A DNA stretch of 63,375 nucleotides, filler included, from Licmophora abbreviata (Eukaryota), in NCBI GenBank assembly GCA_900291995.1. It is 8 parts of 8 records of this genome, joined end to end, with 100 filler letters (N's around TTAATTAATTAA, not from the genome) between each part and the next. Parts side by side here need not be neighbours in the genome. Positions count along the whole stretch, not along the records: positions 13,036 to 23,877 come from OLMU01003038.1; positions 23,978 to 31,735 come from OLMU01003039.1; positions 31,836 to 39,471 come from OLMU01003040.1; 5 more parts are not named here. One strand, written 5' to 3'. The translations under genes and the position numbers were made by a program. The stretch's first letter is position 1, and every line of letters starts with the position of its first letter. The notes under the pieces were generated by a model that saw nothing but the letters and a program-made list of their open reading frames with translations, was not told the origin of the DNA and made no database searches. Of this stretch, positions 21,208 through 33,178 are shown piece by piece.

Positions 21208-22866
21208 ATGACGAAGACTGGCGCCGTGCTGGCGGTTCTGCCGCTCGTCCCACCAGCAGTTCTGCTGGTGAAGCAGCTCGATAATCCTGTACCGATAGTG
21301 ATTGGATGGATGAAATTTCTCACGACGCCGAAAGACGACTCGACCCCGCGCGAGATTCCTCCTGTGAGCTCACAGCTACTTGCTTACCTGACTATGGCGA
21401 TCCTCGGCTACCGTGCGACGTATAAGCTAGTTCCAAATATACAGGTAAATGATGCGTTGATACTGTTTCGAAGGATGGTGTTTAAAATCAAGCACCTTTT
21501 CTTATGCTTTGCTTGAATCTTGCTCAACGCGCCACCATACAGACATTCACCCTCCGAAAAGGAATTAGTGGAAGGGACTTGGGCAAACGAGGGACGCCCA
21601 CGGCTGACAAAGAAATGTGAGTGGGTCACCGTGTGTCCCTGAGAATGCGTGCCTATATGTTGGCTCACTGCCTCGTCTCGATCTTGCACTCGCTACGCAG
21701 CCCAGAAGCGCTTGGCATTGCCCCAGGAACGATCTTTCTCGTGTGCCTCATCATCTGTCTTGTCGGATATGCGACGTCGCACCCTCTCAAGGTAAGGACG
21801 TCGACCTGCTGTCATGCAACAAGGTTTGAATCTTTGACCTCTGCGATAGTGGCGTTCTCACGTGACTCTTTATTCGTTGCGGTCATTGCTACTCCTCGTA
21901 TCGCAGTTGCTCGACGTCAATTCGGCCTTGCTCTCGATCTGTTTCATGCTCTTCTTGGGATTCACGGACGATGTTTTGGATTGGCCGTGGAGGTATAAGC
22001 TCTTTCTCCCCTCGGTCGCGTCGTTGCCGTTGCTGTGTTGCTATAATGGGAGTACATCGATCGTCGTTCCGATCCAAATGCGGTCATGGCTGATGAGCGA
22101 TGGGGATGTGACGTTGCTGGGGCACCTCGCAAATCTCTTCGTCACTATCGATAAGAATGCAAACGGCGCTATTGTCAATCTGGGCATACTCTATTTTGTG
22201 TATATGGGCATGCTGGCGGTCTTTTGTACCAACGCCATCAATATCTACGCCGGCATCAATGGACTCGAGGCTGGACAGTCGTACGTGATTGGCTGCTCGG
22301 TTTTGGTCCACAACTTGAGGGAAATACAATGCATGCAAGAGAGTATTGCCCGCGAGAACCACCTTTTCAGTGCCATGGTCATGCTAGTCTTTGTCGGAGT
22401 GACGCTCGGATTGCTGCGACACAATTGGTACCCCGCATCCGTTTTTGTTGGTGACACGTACTGTTATTTTGCCGGTATGACGTTTGCCGTCGTGGGGATT
22501 CTGGGGCACTTCAGCAAGACGCTGTTGCTCTTTTTCATTCCCCAACTCATCAATTTTGTGTGGTCCATGCCGCAGCTCTTCAAGCTGCTGCCGTGTCCGC
22601 GACACCGACTGCCGCGGTACGACGCCGAAACGAAGCTCATGTACCCGTCGACATTTCCATGCAAGCAGCATGAATTTCGATGGTTGAAGCGCCTGCCAAA
22701 TGATACAGAGGCACCAAACATGACTGTCATCAATCTTTGCTTGCAGCTCTTCGGGCCCATGAGTGAATCGAGCCTGTGTGTGGTGTTGCTCGGGTTCCAA
22801 GTGGCTGGGTGCAGTTTTGGTTTGTACGTACGATACTACGTGGCACAATTCTTCTTCGACGAGTAG
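21208..22866 (+). CDS. ALG7: UDP-GlcNAc:dolichyl-phosphate GlcNAc-1-phosphotransferase
   Basis: Exons 21208-21444, 21543-21616, 21701-21791, 21907-22866. Motifs [58 protein letters not shown]. Confidence 0.93.
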
Positions 22867-23053
22867 GTGTCCCATTTATATAGAACGACATGTACACAAT
22901 AGAAAATAAAAGTACAAAAACAAGAGTCGACATGAGACGTTTGAAGTTGCTTAGCAGCCTTATTGGCGCCATGTGTTTCCGATGGTTTTGGTGATACAGA
23001 CACATCAGTACTTTGTCGTTTGCGTCGAAGCACAACCTGCAGTACCTCCAATC

Positions 23054-23443
23054 TTACGTAGTTTGTGATAAATCTACGCCACTCGATGTCTCGGATGTCC
23101 CGACAGTCTGGTGTCCCGCTTCTGGCTCTTTCACGGGGACTCTTAGCGCCACCGTATGCCCATCGTAATCTTTTACAAGAATCGCAGCAGAATCTGTCTC
23201 TATTGTAATGAGCGGTGCATCATTTCCGGATTGCTCCAGCTCCGATGCTAGTCGCACCAGGGACGTGTAGACTCCGCTCGTTGAAGCATCCATTTCTCCC
23301 TTGGCGCCGAGACAGAGCCCGCTGGGGTCGCTGCAAAGAGCGCCGCCTATGAAGGCTCGATTGCCTGACAAAAGCGACTCGATAAGATCGCCCTTGTTGC
23401 TACTTTCCGCAGTCGGATCACTACTAGTAGTACCGGCACTCAT
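23054..23443 (-). CDS. LAMTOR5: Ragulator complex subunit LAMTOR5 (HBXIP)-like roadblock protein
   Basis: GALCSDPSGLCLGAKG...SGVYTSLVRLASEL...PLITIETDSAAILVK matches the LAMTOR5 pattern as recalled. Confidence 0.72.
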   Translation of the reverse strand: MSAGTTSSDPTAESSNKGDLIESLLSGNRAFIGGALCSDPSGLCLGAKGEMDASTSGVYTSLVRLASELEQSGNDAPLITIETDSAAILVKDYDGHTVALRVPVKEPEAGHQTVGTSETSSGVDLSQTT

Positions 23444-23877
23444 CGTTTATTCCTTTTTCTCTCTCTTAGAGCCGGTAGCCTCAGCGAAACGAACAAGGAA
23501 CTTCAAACTGACGATGCTGAAAAGCATCCGCGAGGCGATAGACGGCGGCGGCGCTCGGCACATCACTCGTTGCGCTCGTCGCGCTATTGGACGCGCGGGC
23601 CTCGTTCGATCGCCGCCGTCGCTTTTGAACGCGACTTCGCGCTCGTGCACCTCGAAATGATGAGGCAAGTTGCCTTTGCGTATCTGATACTACTTGAAGT
23701 AGATGCAACATATACACGGCAAGCTGCGAGGCTGCGCAAGTCATACAGGGAGATAAAATGCCGTCAACATGGGAGCAGCCAAAACTGGTGCCGTGATACA
23801 GGCGAGATCGCTCTACTTGCAACTTGTCCTTCCCTGTAGTCGCCCCTGTGCAACCGACAACAATCACAAGTGCGAGG

Positions 23878-23977
23878 NNNNNNNNNNNNNNNNNNNNNNN
23901 NNNNNNNNNNNNNNNNNNNNNTTAATTAATTAANNNNNNNNNNNNNNNNNNNNNNNNNNNNNNNNNNNNNNNNNNNN
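23878..23977. other. Artificial contig spacer
   Basis: 44N-TTAATTAATTAA-44N. Confidence 0.98.
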
Positions 23978-24135
23978 GAAAAGCTAGGCCTCACCCTTTT
24001 GGTACCGTCGAAACTAGCTAAACAGTCCTAGCAATTATCTCATGGTCGATCTGACGTATTCAGCGATCAGTTTGGTGGACGCGAGGAACAAGGTTCACTA
24101 CGATGGTCGGGTGCCACCTTCATCGCCCATCGCAC

Positions 24136-26399
24136 TTAGGCTGTTGCAACTGCCGGGTGCTCTGCAACAATTTCCTTCATAACAATCTGGGGTTCATGGT
24201 GCGGGCTAAGAATGAAAGAAGCGGCCCTATCCGCCACCATCACGGTCGGAGTGCCTGTCTGCCCTCCTGGAATAACGGGGATGACGGACGAATCACACAC
24301 GCGAACACCGTTGACTCCCTTCACGCGAAGGTCCGGTCCAACGACAGCGTCCTTTCCAGTGCCCATCTTGCACGTTCCGGTAAGCGCGTTGGCAGTGTGC
24401 AACGTGTTCTTGATGTATTCGTCGATTTCCTCGTCGGTTCGGACATTCGGACCAGGATAGACCTCGGTGCCTAAGAATTCCTGCCACTCGGCGCGGCGAC
24501 CAAGAGCCCGGCCAAGCTTGATTCCCTCTCGAAGCGTCGCAAGATCGGCAGGGTCCGACAAGTAACCTCCGTCAATCTCAGGTTTGACATGTGTGTTAGA
24601 AGATGCAAGACGCACTCGCCCGGCACTCTTGGCGCGAATCGCAATTGGTTGGAAGCTATAACCATCCTCCTGCACAGAAGAAAGCGAGGCGTGTAAATGT
24701 GGTGAGGAGGATCTAAAGGCTATCATGTGCCACGAATCATCATGAAACACTTACATGATGCTTCGTATTGCGGAACTGCGTGAAAGTGGTCATTCCGTCA
24801 GGACCAAGCGCCTTAGCGGCAAGGAAGCGCATCTGGAGGTCTGGTTGGTCCTCGGTTGCTGCGGCCGTTCGGACAAATGCACCGTGATCACACCCGGTCG
24901 AGGTGAGGAGACCGGACTTGGCTAGCAGCCATCTTGCGACAGGAAGCGGGTTTGTTTTACCAAACAAGCGTAGTTTTGACGTGACGCTGACACCCTTCTT
25001 TGGCGTATTAAACGAAACTACCGCAGCAGGATGATCTTGGAGGTTCTGGCCGACCCCGGGAACGTCCGAAACGACAGGAATACCATGACTCTCGAGATGC
25101 TTCCTTGGACCAACACCGCTGCACATCAGAAGCTGGGGCGACGCAATCGCTCCATTGGCCACAAGAACTTCTCCGCCACGGTTTAGGATGGCATTGAACC
25201 CCTATAAAGGTGTTTCATTTCAAGTTTAGAGGGCTGTACATAGAACAAGCATTGTCGCACAAGAATTGTATGCTTACCCGGCATGTGTCGTCTCCCATGA
25301 GATCGTACGTGACACTTGTGGCTGTTTTGCTACCATCAAAGTTGATGCGTTTCACCATCGTTCCTGTACGAACCGTCACATTCTTTCGTTTCGTCGCACG
25401 CGAGAGGAAGGCGGAGGCACCAGAGCAACGCTCACCATTCTTTTCTGACACCTGGAAACGACCCACGCCGTCCTGCGGCCGAGACCAATTATTGAAATCA
25501 TCGTTCTTACCAAGTCCAGCAGCGGCCCCTACTTGCAGGAAGCGTTTGCTCAGGGGGTTCTGGTACCTAACTTCATCCATCACCCACAGGCCTTCCTTTC
25601 CATGGAAGTCCGGCGAACGTCCCGTCATGTCCTTTTGGCACTTAATAAATGTGGGAAGAACGTCAGCGGCACTCCACCCTGGCACATTCCAATCATCGTA
25701 ATCCTTTGCCGATCCACGGTGGTGAAGGCATACATTGGTACACGAGGATCCGCCGAGGACCTTTCCGCGTTGGAGGAAGACATTTCGCCCATTGCAACCC
25801 TTCTCGCCCCCACTTTCGTACTGCCAATCGAATGCACTGCGGAACAATCGTAGGATACCAGCCGGGATCCGAATGAACGTATTCTTGTAGTCAGGGCTTC
25901 CCGCTTCAAGAACAAGCACTCGCTTCGTGCCATCAGCCGAGAGACGCTCCGCCAGGACGCAGCCTGCAAGTCCTCCACCAGTAATGATGTAGTCATACTG
26001 CTCACGTACAATCTTCTCCTCGTCCGCTGTTACGGTAAGAGTGGAAGGCAGCCGTCGAGTGAGCGACACGTGTGATCGTCAAGCCAGCAGGATGAAAAGA
26101 TCGTTGTTTCCCGCCAGACAAGCCGAGTGAGTCAGATACCCAGAAACAACAAAGTGCGTATACATACATAGCCACCGCCGACCTTTCGTGTTTCCAGAAA
26201 CATCAGATCAACCAACTCTCCACCATGGCCTACTTCAACCGATCTCGGAAAAGCGACAGACGGCACTTCGCATACAACTGGACGTACCATGAGCTCTAGG
26301 AAGGTTAGCGATCGGAGGGGCGCCAGCCATTGTTGTCGCCCCGACCGGGACAGCCGCCTGAAGCGACAGCAAAAGAGCAGCAAGGAGGAAACGTGCCAT
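24136..26399 (-). CDS. FAP: Fatty acid photodecarboxylase (algal FAD photoenzyme, GMC oxidoreductase clade)
   Basis: Exons 26399-26288, (possible 26182-26168), 26026-25278, 25201-24755, 24669-24136. GMC motifs GGGLAG and RGKVLGGSS, plus FAP-type LTSTGCDHGAFVRT, PDLQMRF, ALGPDG, DLATLREG, HTANALTGTCKMG, IPGGQTG. Confidence 0.85.
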
Positions 26400-26949
26400 G
26401 GTCAGCGAGAACAAGCGTACGGCTCGGCTATGAAGAGAGACGGTTGATGGCCTCGGCACGTTCTGAGTTGAACTTTTGAAATGCGTATCCATAATGTCGA
26501 GCGTACAAATCCACGTGAATCAAACGGTACAAACACTGGGATTGACAGATTGCGAGCTATCTCGTGTCATCATCAATGCGGAGCTCGGAGCTCTTCTCAC
26601 CAATCTCTGTGTGGCTCAGAACCCCCGAAGGTCAGTCCGCTACCCCGGCCTTGAATTAGTCAATCAATCTACAGAATCAATCGAATCCGAATAAGACGAG
26701 ATGACCTTCATCGGCCACAAGCTTCCCGTGTGAAATCTTTGTCAGGAACGTTATGGGCAATACTCTACAGCAAAAAGAAGCCATTGAGAAGTCGCATCCA
26801 TGATAAGAACTCCAAACGTTTCTGCTGCGTTCTCTACAAAGAGACATAATTTACTGCACGCAGTAAGCCCCATAGACTACCCATGAACTAAGTATCAAAT
26901 GTAGCATCTGCATTGGGTTTCTAAACCTTCCTGTAGCTTAATGATTCTC

Positions 26950-28378
26950 CTATTCTCCCTCCGATACTGCTGCAGCTTGCTCTTCCTCGTCTCTCTTCTT
27001 CAGCTCGGCCGCTTCTTTTTCCAATTCGATCTGAACCCGAATCACCTCTCGCATAAGAACCTTCGCTTCCTCGTCTCTACCAGCTTTCTTCAAAGCGAAT
27101 GCTCTCCAGCGCTTCGCAGTGTTGGCCATACTCTTTCCATCGTGCTCCGATCCGCCGTTCCCTTTGAGATGGTCCTTACCGAGCTCTTCAGCCATCGTGT
27201 AGTACTCGTCTGCTTTCGCGAAGTCGCCCTGACGGTTGTAGGTGTTTCCTATATTGATGAAGGCCGAATGGCGTTCCCAGTCCACACGAGAGCAGCGGAG
27301 CTCACCCTCCATGGCAGAAATCACGTCTAGATACATTTCCCTAGCCTCGTCTTCCTTGCCTAGTGCTGCCAAGCAGTTTCCACGCTGGAGCTTGGCAGAT
27401 CGCGTGCAGAGCTGCGAGACGCGAAGAGGCAAGAGCTTCAACGTCGTTGGATGAGCTAGTCCAGGGCTGGTTGCATTCTTCTCGAACTTTGGATCATGAG
27501 CTGGATTCTCTTGGTACTGTTAGATAATGCGAAAGATGCCGGATTCAGGTGATAAGCTAGTGAGATAAGGACCGCGGTAATATTTGAAAAGTATTTCGGC
27601 GGACGTACCTCGATGGCAATGTCATCGCTGTCCCAGAATCCATCACTAGCGATCTCAATCGCCTTATCGGCAAGTCGAAGCGCGTCTTCGGCGCCAGCCT
27701 TTCCACGGCACGCCAATGTTCGCTTGCTGATCTCTGACAGACATAGACTCGCGCACGAGGGCTCGCGGAGGACGAGACTTAGGCCCAGAACCTCCTTCGA
27801 CTGCCTGAGGCGTTCAAGCCTGTATCTGATAGTAGCCTCGGGTTCGTCACCCGTCACACGATCTTGCCACACCTCGCTTGGTCCCTTGCTCTCAGTTTCG
27901 TCATCTTCCGCAAAGAGGGTTTGGGCCAGGTGAACCTTCTGATCGCGACGAGGAACATTCGCAAGGTTGGGGCTCTTGGAACGTGGAAGCAAATCGTTCC
28001 TCAAAGCTGCCTGGTAGTCCACGTCTCCACGCTTGCGACGGAGTGCCATATCATCCAAGTCAACCAAGAGCGCCAAATCTCCCACTCCTCCATCATCGTA
28101 CCCATCCATACCGATGAGCTTGTAGTTGCTTCCTGGCAGAGAGCATTTCTCCACCGGCTTCAACGAGCCAAGCTGGCGCAGGTTGAATACCAAAAGATGT
28201 GAGAACCAGAAAGAAAAAAGGATACTCAAGCGCGGAAGCACTCCTAAAGGAAACATCAAGTACAACAACTACGTACCTCGGCTTCGAGCGGTGGTGGCGG
28301 CGGTGGCATGGCTCCCTTGTCCACCTTGCGTCGCTCAGCTTTCGCTTTCCCGACAGCAGTTCTCGCTTTCTTTCCCAT
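26950..28378 (-). CDS. Hypothetical TPR-like helical repeat protein, three exons
   Basis: Exons 28378-28277, 28172-~27608, ~27516-26950 join in phase 0. TPR-like segments [20 protein letters not shown] and [22 protein letters not shown]. Confidence 0.6.
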
Positions 28379-28715
28379 TCTAGAAGTTTTCAAGTCTCAC
28401 TTTCTCAGCAAGGCTTAAGCACGATGCGACAAGGCTTCACGGCCCCTATGAACAACGGAAACGGCAAAGACACACCTGCCACCTGATGCGAAGTGACGAT
28501 GAGCGGCTGTCATGAAGCTTGATGTGATGTCTCATAACGTCATCATCGGCGCGCACGACGCAAAACAGAAATCACTCCACGTGGAGGAGAAATCTTTGAC
28601 TCATGAGAGTCGAATCGGTCGACTCATGGATACAACTTCAAATGCCATTTCGCGCCTTCCATGCATTGTTTGTGACTCATGAACTTCATAGGTTTCTCAG
28701 GATTCCTAATTTACT

Positions 28716-30596
28716 CTAAGATGTTTCCCGGCGACGTATTGCTAGAGGAAGACCACCTGCAGGAAGGACTGTAAAGCCAGCTTGCATATCTTTCCTCAAA
28801 TGATTGCAATCCACTCGGCGTTGCTGCCCGGCATGTAGAAGTCGTTCGTCTCGAAACTCGTATTGGTACAAGAGTCTAGCCAGAACGATTCGCAAGATGG
28901 CGTGTGCCAAAGGTTGTCCCACACAGTTTCGGGGGCCAGCAGCAAACGGCATGTAAGCGCCCGCTATACGTTGACCAGCGTCACGCGCCTTCGCCGATGC
29001 ATCCGTCCATCTGTCGGGGACGAAGTCATCGGGTCGATGCCAGAAGTGTGAGTTTCTGTGTAATCCATAAATCCAAATACATGCAACGGTTTCAGCTGGA
29101 AGCGTGATCTGCCTCGATTCATCTTCAACGCTGACGTCGTGAGTGAGTCTTCGTACAATGAAAGGTGCCACCGGATACAGTCTCATGGCTTCCTTGATCA
29201 CCGCATCAAGCAGTGGCATCCTCGATACGAGTTTTTTGGTGAAGAAAGGTGCCGAATCGTCACACTCTATGGTGTCATGATGCAATGCCATGACAATCCG
29301 TACTTCCTCTGCTACCCTCGACTGTACATCCAGGTGCAGGCTCAACAGGTGAAGTGTCCAAGACAACGTTGCGGCACTCGTGTCTTGTCCAGCAAACAGT
29401 AGCGTGATGGCTTCGTCCAACATAGCTTTTGGGACACTGTTTGTCAACGTTTTTCCCACTTTACCACCGTGACTCGGTTGCTCTTGTAGCAAGGCCAGAG
29501 GTGATCCAGGTTGAGCCCTGGCACAAGCGCGTTGGGCAAAGTCCCGTATAGGCCCCATGGTTCGCTCTTCGTCCTCGTACATCGCCGAGCACGATCGGTA
29601 GATCCACCGCGGCAGTAGGATCCAGAAAGAACGGGATTGAGCGAGAATGATCATGCGGATATCATTAACAGACGCCAGATAGGACTGTAACAGAGATGGC
29701 GAGCAAATCTCTGTGGGTTGTAGCTGATGCGACGCCACCGAAGACTCTGGCGGCAAGGCCAAAGATGACAGCGACGACGAGGAACTTGATGTTGATCGCA
29801 GCCCGGACTCTTCTGCTTTGGCGTCTGAGCCAACGGATCCGCTTTCTCCAACGTTATCATGCGTGATATATCGATAGATGAGGCCAATGGTTGCTTTCTG
29901 AAGGATAGGGACGATATTGTCGACGGCCGACTGGTTGCATGTCCGTTCTAGTTTTGCAATCACCGTATCCGCGGCATGATTGGCTTCAAGCTCCAGTAGT
30001 TTTGAAGTGTCTGAGATGGGGTTAGAAACGCCGCGCAACAAGCAATGAATCACAGATGCCCGCTTCGCCTTCCACTCCTCTCCATCCGCCGTGAAGACGC
30101 CATCCCCACTGAAGTTCTTAAAATGATTGTACGCGGGAGACTTTGTCGCCCCTGAGGATTGCGACACCGACACGCGTCGTTGTTTGTCTGATGAACAGGG
30201 ATGAGTTCCCATCAAGATACTCTTGGCTGGTGTCGGGTGCGCCACATGGACCACAGCAGTCGACACACCGTACACGGTCCCGTACATACCAAAGGGACCC
30301 CCCAAACGTTCCATGCGGGGCAGAATACCGGTAATGCTGGACGATGGAAGCTTCTTCTCCTCCTCCTCCTTCAATTTTTGCAATACTCGGTCTTCTCTGG
30401 GGGTGTAGTGTACAAACCGAGGTCGCCACAGGACTGTGGGCAGTCCGCAGCTCTCCAACTGGCGCTTGGTTCGTCGTCGTCTTGATGAGGTCGCCATCAC
30501 AACAGCAAGTACGGCGACCAACACGGCAATCACAAACGATCCTGATACCAGAATAAATGGGGGAATGATCTCCAGCCTTTGCTCAATGGCCTCCAT
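28716..30596 (-). CDS. Cytochrome P450 (membrane-anchored)
   Basis: N-terminal TM helix, AGQDTS I-helix, EAMR (ExxR), PDRW, heme motif [10 protein letters not shown]. Confidence 0.93.
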   Translation of the reverse strand: MEAIEQRLEIIPPFILVSGSFVIAVLVAVLAVVMATSSRRRRTKRQLESCGLPTVLWRPRFVHYTPREDRVLQKLKEEEEKKLPSSSITGILPRMERLGGPFGMYGTVYGVSTAVVHVAHPTPAKSILMGTHPCSSDKQRRVSVSQSSGATKSPAYNHFKNFSGDGVFTADGEEWKAKRASVIHCLLRGVSNPISDTSKLLELEANHAADTVIAKLERTCNQSAVDNIVPILQKATIGLIYRYITHDNVGESGSVGSDAKAEESGLRSTSSSSSSLSSLALPPESSVASHQLQPTEICSPSLLQSYLASVNDIRMIILAQSRSFWILLPRWIYRSCSAMYEDEERTMGPIRDFAQRACARAQPGSPLALLQEQPSHGGKVGKTLTNSVPKAMLDEAITLLFAGQDTSAATLSWTLHLLSLHLDVQSRVAEEVRIVMALHHDTIECDDSAPFFTKKLVSRMPLLDAVIKEAMRLYPVAPFIVRRLTHDVSVEDESRQITLPAETVACIWIYGLHRNSHFWHRPDDFVPDRWTDASAKARDAGQRIAGAYMPFAAGPRNCVGQPLAHAILRIVLARLLYQYEFRDERLLHAGQQRRVDCNHLRKDMQAGFTVLPAGGLPLAIRRRETS

Positions 30597-31269
30597 GGTC
30601 AATTTGTGAGGTGCGAAACGTCAATCCGATCCCCAAGTACGAAATCTGAAATGTGATTGTGATGATGATCACTGCTCACAGCAGCTGCGCTTAAAAATGT
30701 ACAAGCGGATCTACTGTTTCACTCCAGTATAGCCTTCTAAAGTAGACCAATGGTCACTCCAGCGCTCTTGTTCTCTTCGAACGAGCCTTGACACGGCGCT
30801 CGGACGATGACGACTGAAGGCGAACGAGAGGTACAAATTCGAGATGTGATGGCGCCATCATCTGAAAAAGATCGCGAGACAGAGTAGAGTCGAGTCAGTC
30901 GAATGTTGTGATCAGTCGAATGACTCAAACCTCGTGCGACACAGGGACCTGCATTATGGAACGTGCTATGGCGTCATCTTCACCGTTTGTACTAAATATT
31001 TTGTGTAGCATTTTACTTGGAACTCGTCGCTCAAATCTTCCACTTCTCATCGCTCGTCACATTGAGGCTTCGCAGCCCTAAATATTCGTTGAAAGATTGT
31101 TCAACGTGAGCAAGCCACAGACGATAGAGAGTGTCACTAGTTCCCGAACCCGTCCTGCAGTAAAAGCGAACAGGGACCAACCAATCGCGAATCTTTCCTC
31201 GACCCTGCTGTTCCACAAGCTGTCTTCCAGAAGAGCTTAGTTTCATCAGAGCATTGAACAAACTTGACC

Positions 31270-32838
31270 ATGCCTTCGGAAACCAAGCCGCTCGTTCAGA
31301 AGCACGATGATGCTGAGCACTTTCGAAAGCTCAAGGCGTATCAGCCGTAAGTGAAAGGACAAAATCAATGTTGAAATAAGAAAAGATTCACTCGCCTACG
31401 GTGCGCCTAGTTTGCGCTGCAGCCACACAATGACCAAAGTCGGATATTTCGTTGCTCTGAAACTGTTACTGTAATCCCCTGACACGTACTCTTGTTTGAA
31501 TCTTTTTTCTTCTTCTCTTCTGTGCCATTCAGATGGGCTTTCTTCGTGACTTTCGGAGGCTACTTTATGGCCCACTTCTCCCGCAAGTGCTACTCGACTG
31601 TCAAGCAGCAGCTCCAGACCCAGGCGGGTTTCTCCGCTTTGACATTGAGTAGTATGGATACGACCTTCATGGGAACTTATGCTATCGGAAACATCGTTTC
31701 GGGAAAGCTTGGGGACACATTCAGCCCCACCGTCGNNNNNNNNNNNNNNNNNNNNNNNNNNNNNNNNNNNNNNNNNNNNTTAATTAATTAANNNNNNNNN
31801 NNNNNNNNNNNNNNNNNNNNNNNNNNNNNNNNNNNCTGGACGTGTCATCAGTACTGCGGTGATATCACCGCCGCTCTCTGTACCGCATGGGTGCTCGGCA
31901 TTGGCCTTCCCTACTGGTGGGCGCTCCTCATTCCGGCCCTCACCAACCTAGGCTGGGGATTCATCACCGCCGGACTCATTGCCGATCCCTACGATATCGG
32001 AATTATCACTCCTGAGGTCAAGATTCGTTTGGACAAGATTGAAGCCAAGCGCAAGGAAATGGAAGAATCCGGTCATGCCATGGCCGAAGACACTGGACCT
32101 GCCCCCATTTCGTACCGTGCCGCTTTGGGTATTCCCATGGTCGCCCAATACGCCTTCGCGTTTGGTTTCTTCAAGCTTACCAACTACGTGTTGTTCTTTT
32201 GGCTGCCTTATTTCCTCGGAAAGAACTTTGACCCCGTCACGGCAAATCTAATTGCTGCCTTGTACTCGGTTGGTATGATGCCGGGAGGAATCATTGTCGG
32301 ATACGCCTCGGATATCTTTGGAGGCCGCCGCGCGGCAGTCATTGGAACCTTCATGTGCGCCCTGATTGTGTTCCTGGCGGTCTTTGCTGTGTACTCGGAG
32401 GAACTTCACCCGACGGCTCTTTTGTTCATGCTGGCATGCATGGGTATCCTAGTTGGAGGGTGAGTTGGCTTTTGCCTGATGAATTACCAACACAACACGA
32501 GATCTTTCACTCACTAAAGTATGCTTTCTGCTTCCTTTCTCTTTACCAGACCGAACAATATTATCACGTCGGCTGTTGCGGCGGATCTCGCGAGTCACCC
32601 GAGCGTGCGTGGAAACAACAAGTCGTTGGGTACCGTGACGGGTCTCATCAATGGTTGCGGTTCCATCACGGCCTCGGTTGGGCTTTTGGCGGTCGGCCCT
32701 CTGCAGGAAACATTCGGCTGGGGCTCGGTCTGGGTCTTTCTCATTGGGTGCACTGCTGCTGGAACGCTTCTAATGACACCCAAGATCAAGGAGGAGCTTT
32801 TCCCTAAGCCAGACGCACCGACTGACTTGACCGTTTAG
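31270..32838 (+). CDS. MFS sugar-phosphate/glycerol-3-phosphate exchanger (SLC37/GlpT-like), spans a spacer
   Basis: Introns 31347-31532 and 32460-32549. Motifs YFMAHFSRK, SGKLGD, FFKLTNYVLFFWLPYFL, AVAADL, GTVTGLINGCGS. Confidence 0.85.
31736..31835. other. Artificial spacer inside the MFS gene
   Basis: 44N-TTAATTAATTAA-44N. Confidence 0.98.
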
Positions 32839-33178
32839 ATGCGATGCCTGTCAAATGTCTAGCGATAAACCGTAAATTGCACAGTTGCTTTTGCTCCTAA
32901 AACGTCAGACAGTATTGCGGGATGATAATTGTCCAAGTAACTACAAGCACGATCTCGACCATTGCCACACATGGCCGCCCATATTCAGATAAAGCTCCAT
33001 GGGGCGAAGATGCCTTCGATTCCAATGTTAGTTGGTCGTACAAGTGCAGACATCGGTTGTCCACGCCGACGGTGATACACGTTATCCTCTAGGTTTCACA
33101 ACTGAAAGAGTTGGCAGCTTATAGAAAGGACGACGCGTTCACTTCGATCATGACGCTGTTACTTGGTAGCTATTAGAT

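Noticed and set aside
15954..30596. Biosynthetic gene cluster (ECH1, 2OG oxygenase, FAP, P450)
   Set aside because: The genes are interspersed with housekeeping genes, split by a spacer, predicted in different compartments, and lack a scaffold-forming synthase.
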